Source of the DNA: Intoshia linei
Lineage: Eukaryota > Animalia > Orthonectida
NCBI GenBank assembly: GCA_001642005.1
Contig: LWCA01000003.1
Coordinates: 1-64,000, forward strand
Length of the DNA stretch: 64,000 nucleotides
Direction: 5' to 3'
Below are positions 37,250 to 50,400 of this stretch, one piece after another (the first letter of the stretch is position 1; each line of letters opens with the position of its first letter). A model generated the notes under the pieces. The model was not told the DNA's origin and did not search any database. It was given only the letters and a program-made list of their open reading frames with translations. The position numbers and the translations under genes were made by a program.

Positions 37250-39360
37250 GCCCCGGCAGTTATATACTCATTACCTTGAAAAGCTCCGTTGTAATCGTTT
37301 CTTATGTTATGATTATTCCTATAGGCTATTCGGCCATTTCGTTTTGTCCATTATATTACAGTGATAATTTCTAATATGGTTACCTTCCCATTGGACCATA
37401 TTAATTCTTGTTATTAGTTCATTTTTCATCGTTCTATTCTCTTAACCCAGCTCGCCTATATGCAAAACTTGGTTCTAAATCAACACCTTCATTGGCCAAC
37501 CTAGTATAGTTATCATTTATAAACTGGGTTGTCATCATGATCCTCGATTCCAAGCTAAACAATCCCAATCTTTCTACGTTATTTATTTCAGCATATGTGA
37601 ACATCGCTCTTTCGTTTCAATTATACTTGAAAAATGGGGACAGTGTCGTAAAGTCATAGATGAAATATTTATAATTTTCAGATATTCCATAACAAGTTCA
37701 CTTCCACGAAATCCTAAATCCCTAAGTCCAGGTATATAAAAGTTTAGTTCACCACTCTCGTAGTTCCACTCCGTGAGGAGACTTTTTTCGAATCAAATTA
37801 GACTGTTTTGAACCTCTTGTCTGATAACGTCAATTGGCATGGTGTCATCATGGCTGATTTTAGGTAATGATATAGATTCAGATTCTCCTTTAAATTTTCT
37901 CAACATGTCTTGGTGATGGTACCTTGATATTTACTGGCATGCCAGCTAATATGAGGGCGGATTTAGCCAAATTATATGCTATCAAAGCCTGGTCCTAATT
38001 GCTGTTCTTTAATATACCTGTCAATCGTGTGGTAAACGCTCCTATTGTTATATAATTTATCAATTGCTACAAAACCATCAGGCATGTAGATATCGTACTC
38101 TGGATATATTGAATCCATATGCACTAGAAGTCTAACAAGGTTAAAACTTATCCTATCGTGACAACCAGGGAAAAAGTCGTGGAATGCTATTTTTGTATCT
38201 GTTATAAACAACTATTCACTTAACCATACCTTTCGTAGATAATTGTTATTCTGAATATCTGCTGGCGTTCCCCACAATGGTATCCCATTGTATGATACGA
38301 CATGTTCACACACATAGCCAAGTGAACTGTTTTAATATCACCATTTACATTGACATTATTCCACTCAAAACCAGCCCAACACCTGTTTGTGCCTACTGCC
38401 ATCGCGATAAGGAGGGGGAGTGTGTGATTTGTAAACTCACCCACATCCACCATATTGTGTAGCATTGTTCCTAGCCCATATGAGACTTTGTACAACCGTA
38501 ACATCATAAAATTGTTGCTTGACAATGGAAATGCTTCAAGATTGATGTTCTGCTGATAACCTTTATATTCATCCATGGTGTTAGATCGGTAAAGTGCTCA
38601 ATATATAGGGTGGCCACATAGGTATCCATAATGTAGATGAGACTTCTTCGTTATTAATTTTGATCTAGGTGCACTTTCGGTGAACATAAAATATGATGTC
38701 ACCTGGACTAATTTAATTTAATACCAAAATAAGCGGAATAGAAAATAAACGTGGTTGTCCTTCCCAAGTCCCATTGTCACCTGGTTAAAATACTTCTTGA
38801 TATTTTTGATTGGCAGGTTTGGGGCATTCCATCTCTCACCTAATTTTTTATTGTTTCTAGGACACATAATATATGTGAGCGTAGAAACCACACTGAAAAC
38901 ACCTCACCTCTTTATTTTAACCAACTTAACTTCATTTGAACAAATTTACTCGCAACTAAATGATCAACTGTTTTCATGGCCACCTCAAATTTGTTATCAT
39001 TGACTCCATTTCTGATTCTGTTAACTTAAATATCTCCTGAGTACAGATCACCTTAACTAACTCATTGTCCAATGTACGAATTGACCAAATCCTCATTGGT
39101 CAATTTCAAAGTCACCAATTTTTTGAACACCTGAAATTTTTCTTCCAACTTAACTTCACCTGCATCTAACCAGGAATCAAGTAATTCTCTATCCTGTTTA
39201 GATGCACACCTAAAAACCAACTTAATCTGAATCTTATCACTCCAATTTTCGAGCTTATTCTCCCGTTCCACCTTAAATATCAAAGATTTTAATCCATGTA
39301 ATTCCTCAACACTTTTCAACTTAGAAACTATATAATTTTCCACCTTAACCTCACTCGTAT
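37250..39360 (-). other. Decayed unidentified element: gag-like ORF with broken CCHC knuckle followed by a long disrupted ORF of unknown type
   Basis: Intron-free and visibly GC-richer. VRCFQCGFYAH..(frameshift)CPR at ~38860-38910; co-directional ORF pieces at 39062-39343, 38220-38576, 37972-38211 and further fragments. Confidence 0.5.
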
Positions 39361-39539
39361 ATATCTTTTTTCAACAAAAAGTTATTACAAAAAATATATT
39401 AGAATAAGCGAAATAAACATAAGTCCAATGAATAAAAATAATTTAGTATATCCATTTACATATTTAAGAGTGTTTTTTTCCTTTATTTTGTACAACATCA
39501 AGACATCTATTTTTCATAGACTATTTTTCACGTTATTAA

Positions 39540-39835
39540 TTTTTGTAAAAGATTTTGATCAATTTTGTTAGTTCCTCAGTATTGCTAAACTGCATCTCAT
39601 TTTTGTAAACAGACATCGCCATAATTCCCCAAAGGTTTTCAATTGGATTTAAATCTGGTGACTTTGATGGCCAATCAATTACATCAATAGAATTATCTTG
39701 AAACCATGTTTTTACTATCTTTGAAGTATGGATTGAAGCATTGTCTTGTTGGAAAAAGATATCTGTACCATAATGTAAATGTGCAAATGGAACTAAATTT
39801 TCTGATAATGTATTAATATAATTTTCAGAATTTGG
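39540..39835 (-). pseudogene. Tc1-family transposase remnant (DD34E)
   Basis: Reverse-strand translation FQQDNASIHTSK..WF..DWPSKSPDLNPIENLW; 34 residues counted between D and E. Confidence 0.9.
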
Positions 39836-40142
39836 TTCGATTGTTCCGTCTCTATTTTTTTGTTACACAATTTTAGTATAAATACTATAGTTTTATTTAT
39901 ATCATTACTTATCTTTGAAAAACTTTATTCTCTTATATTACTTTCATATTGGCGTATACTCTGACAAATATTTGGTGTTATCCTGTTGGTGATTATTGAC
40001 ATTATAGAAATTAATTCTTTTATGTTATGTGTATGTCTAGATAACTCTAGGTTCATAAAGAAATTGTACTCTTCGGGATATCTTAGGTAAAAATCTTTGG
40101 GAAAATTGAAATTTATTTCTAAATATGCACAAAATGTTAAAT

Positions 40143-40740
40143 TTAATGAGAAGTCTGTGTATTCATTTCTTCTACCAACGTCATGAAATCTGGCGTGTAA
40201 CTAGATAAATATAGTTTTAGATAATCACGTAAGTGTGAATCAGTAATTTTAGAACGATTCTTAGATTTTATCAAATTCATGACAGAAAAGGCTGACTCAC
40301 ATAGATAAGTTGAGCCGAAACAAGAATGCAAATATTCACAACACTTTTTGAGATTCGTATATTTTTCTCGAGGCACGTACTTTCAGAAATCTTGTTCTGA
40401 AACACGAGCTCTTAAAAAGATATCAGCTCTTAGAGTTAAAATTTCTGACTCAGTTGCACCTTTTTCCAAATCGAACACTTCGGTGATTTTACCAGCGATG
40501 TAATTTGCATTTAAATTTGCTTTAAACGTTAATGACATGTACTCAATTTCTTCAATCATTTTGAAATCCAGAAAACAAAAATTGAAATCGTTCATGACAA
40601 TGTTGATTTCAGATTCATATTTTTCAAAACTCCAAATGAAATCAGGATAACTTTGCAAATGATCTTTAATATTTGAGAAGAAATTGAAAGTTTGAAATTT
40701 TGAATCTATCAAATTACACCATTATTAACGACACCGTTTA
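40143..40740 (-). pseudogene. hAT Charlie/GTF2IRD2-like transposase C-terminal remnant
   Basis: FGSTYLCESAFSVMNLIKSKNRSKITD dimerization-domain motif; split over two frames. Confidence 0.85.
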
Positions 40741-40814
40741 CCATTCATTAAATAAATAAATAAAATTTTAATTCTTTCAACTCATTTATTTAATGTACTA
40801 CAGTGGTTGTCGAT

Positions 40815-41222
40815 TTAAACTACAGCTTTCTGAAAAATGCGTGCTTTAAATCGAATGTGTGCTTGAAATTTAACGTTTAAATTTTTATTTACAATAATTA
40901 GATTTTTGAAAAGTAATCTGTAAGTTTTTTTTTCATGGTTCATCAGTTCTCTACTAATTAAATCTTCAAGATCATAAAACATTTTTAAAGCATCGTCTGT
41001 ACAAAAATTATTAATTCCACTTTTAAGTTCATTCAATTTTGTAAAAATACTAAAAAATAATATAATTATAATAAAATAAATACTTTATCAAATATAAATA
41101 ATACAGTCTACAATAAATAAAAATTACACATCTTTTTTCATTATTAATTTTTCTTGATTTATAGGAAGAAAAATAAACGCTATATTGGAAAAATCTTCTA
41201 TCTTATGACCACTGAAATTGTC
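40815..41222 (-). CDS. 3' exons of an unidentified gene, cut by N at 41223
   Basis: Two exon-like blocks (~41130-41222 and ~40815-41049) separated by a GT..AG AT-rich gap; no recognisable family. Confidence 0.3.
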
Positions 41223-41223
41223 N

Positions 41224-41487
41224 ATTTTAATCGAAATATTTGAAAAATATTGGTTGATAATATATTAAAAATTATTTTTCACCGGGAATGCGTAGATTTC
41301 TGGGGTTGAAATTTTGTATTTATATCAACTGGAATAAGCTCTATCAGAATAATCTTTTTTTTTAATTTTCGGACCGTTAATTATTTGACATTTTTTGTTC
41401 TAATAAAATATTTCGGGAAAAAAATATATGAAAATTAAAATGCTTTTTTGACCGTGAAGGCGTCACTTATTCAGATTCAAATTTTTT
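41224..41487 (-). mobile_element. Repeat family 1 copy abutting N at 41223
   Basis: Near-identical core to 27810-28057. Confidence 0.8.
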
Positions 41488-42058
41488 TAATTATATTTTT
41501 ATATTTAATTGCAAGTTAAAGTTGCTTTTTGTTAATTTTGCGGTGATTTTTAGTGTTACTGGTAGGAGCTAAGACTTGTTTCGTTCACTGAACTAAAAAT
41601 TTATCAAATTACTACATTTAAGGCATAACACATCAAGTATAATATAATGCCGTTAGTGATAAGTTTCCAGCTTTTAAAATTTGATCAACATGGATACCGG
41701 GGTACAGTCCAAGCTTTTTTGAATCTTCACATGAATGGCTGACTGATTTAAAATTTTTTAATTTAACCATAACCATATAAATAAAATTGGTATTATGATA
41801 CTAAAATAACACTAACAAAAATTAAATGGTCCTGTTCATATTGAGCACCGTTTCTTACATTTCTAAAATTTCAAGACATATAAAAGTTTCAAAGCAACAG
41901 ATATAGTAAATTCTATATAAAATAATTTCCCTAACTTAAACTTTTTATTTAATACGCGACCCCTTACTAAATAAATTATATAATAAAGTGTATATAAAAG
42001 GGATTGTATTTTTTATGTTTTCTAGTATTTTTTTCTATATAATTTTATATTTTACTAG

Positions 42059-45000
42059 GGTAATGATTTGGTCAACCTTGAAGATGCTTTTAAAATAGCA
42101 GAAGAAGAATATGACATTATGCAAATGATGGATCCTGCAGGTATTGTATATACGTTTATGCCGTATGATTTTTAAATTTTAGAGATTGTGGATTTACCTA
42201 CACCAGATGAACATTCTGTCATGGCATATGTTTCATCATACTACCATGCCTTTTCAGGTGCAGAAAAGGCAAAAAATGCTGCAAATCGAATATCCAAAGC
42301 TATTGTTAAAAATATGGAAAATGAACGTGATATGGAAGATTATGACAAAATTGCTTCAGCAGTATGCCATATTTTATATTTTTGTAAATTTTTTATAGTT
42401 GAACGAATGGATAGACATAAAAACAAAAGAATTGGATGATAGACCCGGTGTAAATGATTCTGCAATGCTTGATAAAATGTTTAACGAGTTCAGAGAATAT
42501 AGATCCAACGAAAAACCACCAAAATTAGAAGAAAAGGTATACTTTTTTTAAAATTAACAAAATTTAAATGTGATAGAGTAAATTGAATACAACCTTTGAA
42601 ACTTTACAAACACGGTTGAGATTAAATGGTCGTTCACCGTTTGTTCCAGAAACTGATAAACTTATTGAAGATATTAATAATAATTGGAAAAATTTGGAAC
42701 TTGCAGAAAAAAATCACGAAGCATGGCTTTTATTAACTAAAAAAATGTACGCATTTTAATTATTATTTATTTTTATTATTTTAGACGAGATCGATCCAAC
42801 TTTTTAAAACAGAAATTTGAAAGGAAAGCTACAATTCAAGAACAATGGTCAGAGGGTAAAATTGATGCTATGGATGACTCAAACATTATGAATGCGTCTC
42901 TAAGTGAATTAAAGGTATGTTAAAGTAAATTTTAAGATATAGCGACTAATAAATCTATTAACACAATTCGTTACCATCTGGGGAATATATATTCTACTTT
43001 TTAGACAATGATAAGAAAACAAGACGCTTTTGAATCTGAACTGCAAGCCCAGGAGCCTAGAATTCGTCAATTATATCTAATTATTGTTGAACTGCGGTGA
43101 GTATTATTAACTATAGCCATATATACGCGAGCATCATCATCAATTTATAAAAACTGATAAAAATTGCATAATATGGGGTTATTTAATGCAGACATTCTCA
43201 AACATTTTCACTCTTTGGATAGCTTCAAATTTTTTTATCTGTACCATGCACCTCTACTATAAACTAAAATGTATAAAATAAAACTAAATTAAGAACGAAT
43301 TTTTCGCTATCGAACTTTAGATTTTAGACTAAAATTTAGTAGGCCGGTAGCCGGTTTAGAAACGGTTAATGTGTAATGTTTGAATTTTTCTATAAAAATT
43401 GAATTGTATTGAATTTGGCGTTGGATCCAAAGTCATGTATGAATAGTATTTTCTCCAAATTTTTGATATCCTTGTTGTTTTTCTTCGATTTAACTTTTTT
43501 AATTTGAAACAAAATTAGTCCTATTCTCCGCAGGTCATTAATATCAATTCGTAAAAATGGTACAATAATATTTTAATGAATCAATTGGTTTTAATGATTT
43601 TATTTGCTAAAAGATAACTTGACCTGTAATATATAATAATTGACAGTATTGTGATTAATTTTTAATTATGGCCTACTACATTATATATTAAATTTATGAA
43701 AGAAAGAAAACTTACATTTGTAATATTTTGTATATATTTATATTTAGATCTATGGAATATGGAGACTTTGAAAATTTGGAGTTTAGATGGGAAGAAATTA
43801 GTAAAGTTTGGGAGGCAATACAGAAAAAATCTGGAGCTTTTATGCACTCCTTAAAGGTAATATAATGATTTCAATCTATATTATACAATTAGGAAAGATC
43901 GACACATTTAGACGAAATAGATGTATTAAAATTGGAATTTGCAAAAAAAGTTGTTGTAATGAATATTTTTTAATTTTTGAAATATAAAATTTTAGTTATT
44001 TTATAATTGGATGACGTCTTCCATTGAAGATTTGGAAGATAAATTTCAAGTAATGACAGTATCTGAAATGGAATTGATTATACGTGACCACGAAGAATTT
44101 AAAAATGTTTTTTCAACCTCTATTGAAAAGCTAGAAGATATTAAAGAAACGGCAAATAATACAAATATATTGGCGGATAAATATAATGTTACAGTAGGAG
44201 AAAACGAATACACCACTTTAAAATTACAAGACATTGTTGAAAAATACGATGAACTAGAACCTGCCATAAAAGTAAGGGATGAAGAATTGAATGAAGCAAA
44301 AACTATTCAAATTGAAAACGAAAAATTACGTTTTCAATTTGCAACACTTGCAAAACAAGTCAATGACAAGGTAAACGAGTGTGCTAATCAAATAAGTGCT
44401 CTCGGATACAACGAAAATAGCACCTCCCTTGAAGATCAAATTAACGACTTTTCAAAAATTGAAGAAACTTTGAACGGGTTTGAGCCAGAAATGTCTAAAA
44501 TTGCTGACTTAAGCAATAATCTCATCGACGCTGGCGTTTTTGACAATCAACATACTACACTAACCATTGGATCCGTTCTAATCAATTGGCATCAACAAAA
44601 AAATAACATTAGTCGAACCATCAACGAAATAAACAACCAGGTTTTATATAATAGTCCATTTACTTATTAATGTAGATTCTTATGCGAGACACTAAAGGTC
44701 TCAAAGAAGAAGAAATCCAAGAATACAGACGATCATTTTTACATTTTGATAAAAACAAAACCAAAGCTTTGGATAGCGACGAGTTCAAGTCATGTTTAAT
44801 AAGCCTTGGTCGGCTGGACGTTAATGATGATACAGATAAAAATTATGGCAATATACTGGCCGACGTTGATCCTAAAAGTACAGGATCTGTTAGTTTTAGT
44901 TCTTTTATGAATTTCATGTCCAAAGAAAGAGGTGAGGCCAACACTGCCGATCAAATTATCAATTCGTTCAAAATTATTGCTGGAGATAAGGTAATTTTTT

Positions 45001-45197
45001 ATTCACAATGTCTAAAATGTCTAATTTACATGTTATAGCCATACATTACTGCTGATATAATTAAAAGAGAACTTCCACCAGACCAAGCCGAATATTGCAT
45101 TGTTAAAATGTTACCTTACGAAGGCACTGATGGTCCAGAAGATGCATATGACTACAACTCATTTTCTAGCGCTCTCTATAATGAAGCCTCATTTTAA
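42059..45197 (+). CDS. ACTN: Alpha-actinin, 5'-partial (end of CH2, four spectrin repeats, EF hands)
   Basis: [32 protein letters not shown]; [17 protein letters not shown]; [31 protein letters not shown]; [19 protein letters not shown]1 not present in the window. Confidence 0.95.
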
Positions 45198-45240
45198 TAA
45201 TGACACTTGTTACTGCTTAGAATCAATAAATTATAACATT

Positions 45241-46781
45241 TTATTTACATATTCCGGTAGTAATATTTTTGAAACATTGTTGACATGTGACATTGCAACA
45301 CCATTTAAAATGACAATTGCATGAATACTCTACTTTAATTTTCTCTAAACGATAGCCTCTTCCGCAGCAAACGACATCACAGTCATCCTCCTTGGGGTTA
45401 GATAGACGCTCCAGTGTATTTTGTGTATGAGTTTTACTTATTAATTCGTTGTATACGTACGGTGTACATTTTCTGTCTTTAATGAAACTGCAATAATTTG
45501 GTGAATTTTCAATGAATATTAGTTCTGATTTTAAAGGCTTTTTTCTGTCTTGAATGCGTCGTAGTGTGGTTCCAGCCTTGTTAAAAGAAACTTTTTGGGC
45601 TTGGTCATACATTTCTCTCAGAGTTGTGCCAATGTCCATAAAATCTTGCATTTTCATTGTACACGTTTTGAGAGTGCAAGAGCCGGACACGCCGTGACAT
45701 CTACATTTCATGGCGCTGGATTTTCGTATTAGCTAAATTTTGTATAAATGTAAATACTTGACCGGTACATTACCAATCTACCCGCCTCGTTATTGTGGAT
45801 GTTCATTAAAGCCCTTGCGAGACCCATGGAATATCTAGCATAATTTCTATCCTTTTCTTTAACGTCTATAAACCCGCTTGAAAATTTATATCCGTACGAA
45901 GTATTATCACTAAATATGATTCAATGCCGTTACAATAATAATTTACTTGCATCCGTTCCAAATCCAATTGGTCATTTTTGAGTTGATGTCGTTTTTATTT
46001 CCGCAATTACAATTTGTAAGTTTCCCATCTGCACAGGCTCGACTAATCGACCATGCCACCGCTGCACTGGATAATGCATGCAAAAATGCTGACTCTTTGT
46101 TTACTAAAATACAATTTATTAAAAGCGACAGACAATTAATCATTGATGGCCGTTAACTAAATTTTTTTCAACGTCTAGTCTGAGCTGGTGTAGTATAATT
46201 AATGGCAATTATTCATGTAATAATTAAATTTCAATTGTTTAAAATTGATATTGTTATTTCATGTTCGGTACATGACAAGAAAATTAATAACATGAGTTTA
46301 ATATATTATAATTACCAGAATCGTCCATAGAATTGAATGCATTTTTTTCGACAATCGTCGATTCGAGGGAGTCCAATGTTCTTTTATAAATTCTCTTGGT
46401 TCCTCCTTTTGAGCCAATGGAACAATTCCACGGTCTATTGAATAAAACGGTTTGGCACGTATTTAAAGCCATTTTAGTAGCGTCTGCAACAGAAGGCATA
46501 TGATCCATGTAAGCCTGGCAAATGCGTCTTTGGGTAGTCGACAAACCATCAATGTAACAAGAGAATTCGGCGTTTCTGTAAGCGTAATTGATCTGGGTGT
46601 CATTAGGGTGTAGTTCATTGATAATCTTGCCAGCATAAATAGCTCCAAAATCACTAAATTTTAAATGTACAAGTTTATAATTTCTTAACATCCAAGCGTA
46701 TATGGCAGAATTCAAATGTGCCTGTGAAAATAGAGTGGCAATAAATATCCATGCGGAAAAGTGTAAATGTTGTGCATTCAT
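45241..46781 (-). CDS. WNT5: Wnt ligand, Wnt5-like
   Basis: Signal peptide; C..YMDHM..CQ..WNCS; KESAFLHALSSA..SRAC; WIWNGC; MNIHNNEAGR; CRCHGVSGSC; CCGRGY; CNCHFKWCC. The subfamily call rests on YxDHM and the DxxE.xR..A segment and is less certain than the Wnt call. Confidence 0.85.
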
Positions 46782-47434
46782 TCAACAGTATATATAAATT
46801 AATAATTCTGAATCAATTTGAAACGGTGATATTTTGAAAACAAGTCTTTTAAAATAGAATATGTCACTAAAAATATTTCAAATATGAAAGTTGATTAATT
46901 AGTTTTTATTTTCAAAATCAAACAAACTTGAAAAGAAATTCATGCAAATGTCAACATTACAAATTGTTTTTCGCTCCAACAAATTTTCATTAATAAATTC
47001 TTTATAATCAACAATCTAGTTATATAATTTTAATTGTTTCTTGGATTCACATCGTCATTATGTACAATGTGCCGCGCTGTATTCCTTTGAGATTCATAAG
47101 TATAACAATTAACAAAAAACTAGTTGATCAGAAATAATACTTACATTATTATTAAACTAACACTCTAAACTGCATGTCAAATAAATGTGTTGAATGTATT
47201 TGACATACGCTTAAAAGTATTATACTTATATCGACGCAGCTGACAATCTGATAAAAACGATTTATCCAGATATTCAAAGGATTAAATCAATTATCCGTAT
47301 TGTTAAAAGTATTTCCAGTCATTTATTCGATTCGTCAGAATCAACAAATCAGTAACTATAATACAATTTTTTTATTAGAAAAGTATACATTTTATTATAA
47401 CAACCAAAAACGCAGTTTGTACAAACTAAAAAAA

Positions 47435-50400
47435 TTAATCCGATTCCGCCGATGAAGTGGAAAAGATATCTTCAATAACTTTAGCTTGGTCAATTGGTTC
47501 ATCGTCTAAATATTATATATATAAAAAAATTGAATCAACCATCATTTTCTTCACTTTGAGAATCATTCTCTTCGTCATTCCCTTCCTCCAATAACGTTAT
47601 ACGCGTTTGCTAAAATTAATAAAATAAAATATTTTCATTACAAATATACCATTTCTTTCTTTTCCACTTCATTAAGTTCCCTGTGTTTCAAATACAATTT
47701 TAAGTTTCCAATGTTGACACTTTTTTCTCGGTTTAATCGTTTGTTGAGGTTGATTCTATATTTAATGAATAATACCTATTGATTTTATCAAACCTAGCTT
47801 GGAATTCATTATAAAAAATGCCGTCTTCTCTGTCAATGAAAAAATAGTTATCAGATTTTTCCAAATCTGTTTTTGGTTTCAATTTCCACCAAAATTCTCT
47901 ATCGTTCAAATATGTGAATCTAAAAAATTTAAGGTAATATCTACCCTTGGTACAATTTTCAATTACGTATCATTTCCGTCTTCATTTTCATTAGAAACTG
48001 GCACATTTTTTCTTTGATTCATTGTTTCATCGGTAGGAACAAAAAATGCCAAATACTGCCCACCTTCTTTGTCTAAATCCTGCAAACCTCTAAATCAAAA
48101 CTAAAAATTAAATAATATACTAATTAAACCTTAATTCTGCATCCTCCAATTTTTCCAATGGAATATTTTCAGGTTTGTAGCCGCATTTACTAATGTCTGT
48201 ATCAAATGCAACAAAAATTGAAGGATATATCCAAGTCTAGTAATATAGTTTAGATGTTTAACATTTCGTAATACCTGCTTATCAGGTAATACATACTTGA
48301 CATTGACTGTAGTTACTCCTGGCTTTGAAGGGTGGTTGACAACCTAGATTAAATTATCAATGCTGAAAAAATTAAAATATCCACCTCCTCTTTAACAGTT
48401 TCAAATTGAGTATTAATAACGTCAATTTGTTTAGATACATCGCGGTACATTTCCCCACTGGTCTCAATTATTGTTTTATTACTAAATAGATGAAACAATA
48501 AAAATAGCCAAAAACCTTTCAGATTGGAAATTGGCCTTTTTTTGAGAGTCATCAAAAGTTAAATATTCAGTTTTTCGTAACCAAGAAATTCTTTTTCTGT
48601 TTTTATTGGATCTAAAAATTGTTTTTTGAATACATACATTAATCATTTCATATTATTAAACAGTCAATCGTAAAATTGTATAAATTCTGATTTACTTATA
48701 CAATGTAAATTTTTAATTATATAATACAGTTACTACATACATCTGTATTCTAATTAATTGATTAGTGTTCGTAAAGATCTCATGACATGCAGTTAATTCA
48801 AATCAATCGATATATAGAACCGTGTTTCTCAACTGGTTACCGGTGTCTAATCAAATCGAACAATTAATATAAAAAAAAAATTTAGTTATCTCCGCTACAT
48901 TAGTAAATATCACTAGTGTTTGCCTACATAACTGATTTTCTTTTGAAAAATCCACTTAAACAAACACAAAATAAAAAATACAATTTAACCAACCGTTAAT
49001 GAAAAATTCCCTTTTTCCAATACTTTTTTGAAAAACACGATTTTATCAAATCTTATCAGAAAAATCCTTTAATTTTTTCATAAATGTTATATTTTTTATA
49101 TTTCTTTGGGGTCCAAAAAAATAAATATTTTGAAATTATGATCCGTACACTATTTGAACCAGAAACTACTGGTGTAAACCAATGACAGACATTAGAGCTA
49201 TCGAAACGACGATTAAAGTAATATTACATTAAATATAATTTTGGTTTCATATTTTTTAACATTTTGTGCTAACAAATTACAATTTTTTGTAAGAAATTTA
49301 TTCAGTAGACTAAAGTTTCTTTGCGCAGAAATTGATCTCGATGGAGCATTTGCTTAATCATGGTATAATGAAGGATTTCTGGAGTCATCAATATCGCAAA
49401 TTATTTTTGGATATCAGTATTATTGAGTCCTTTTTCAATATATTCTTTAATTTTCAAGGATCAAACATAACATTTAGATTTTTTTTTAAACATTAAGCCC
49501 CCGTTTTAAGAAACGCCAGTCTAAGAGTATATCAAATGTTAATTAACATTAAATTAACATATATGCATTTAATTACAAAAAAAACATTAATAATAATATA
49601 ATAATAAATTTTTATTTTAAATTTAGTTGAAATTTTTCCTCTCATTTTGGATGTAATTATTCTTACATTGATTTTAATTACTATCACTATGTCGTTAATT
49701 ATTTTTACATTGACTGTGACTATTCTTTGAATGTAAATATGATAATTTTCAAAATGAATTTATATTTTATTTCCAAACTATATTATGATTAAATGAACCT
49801 GTGAATAACATACCGATATTTTTCCTTTACTCCTTACTATACTTTTCTACTTTATTTATATAAAGTAGAACATTTCAATGGAATCACCAATATGCAATAA
49901 AGAAATAAAGAATAAAAATATTAAATTTTTTTAAGATTTTTGTTTATAATAATATTAATACCTATATTGTAAAAATGAAGAAACTGGACTATAATTGTCA
50001 TATAAATTCTCAAATTTTATAAAAATTAGACACCCTAATTATTAGAGCCTAATAAGCTAAACTAGAATAATAATAAATTAAATCTAGCATAATTGATTAT
50101 AAAACTTTTCACACTGTTGACCTTTTCATTTTTTATTTCTCATAGACCCTACAGTAAACCAACTTAAACATTAATAAAATAAAGATAAATTCTCATAAAA
50201 TATTTAGTTATGTGCATTTAGATTTGAAAAACACTGGAATATTCAGTACAAACTAAATCTAAATTCATGTTTGTATTTCTGTTAATATTTTAAGATAACT
50301 TTAAATTTTTCTAGTGACCAAAGCCCCAAGCGTCCATATGGACTATCCCGATAATGACCATTTTACATTATAAATTAATTTAAAAATAGACAAAACCAGA

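Noticed and set aside
47150-47230. Hairpin upstream of Wnt as a pre-miRNA
   Set aside because: Only a 10-bp perfect stem with poor pairing beyond it; no expression evidence
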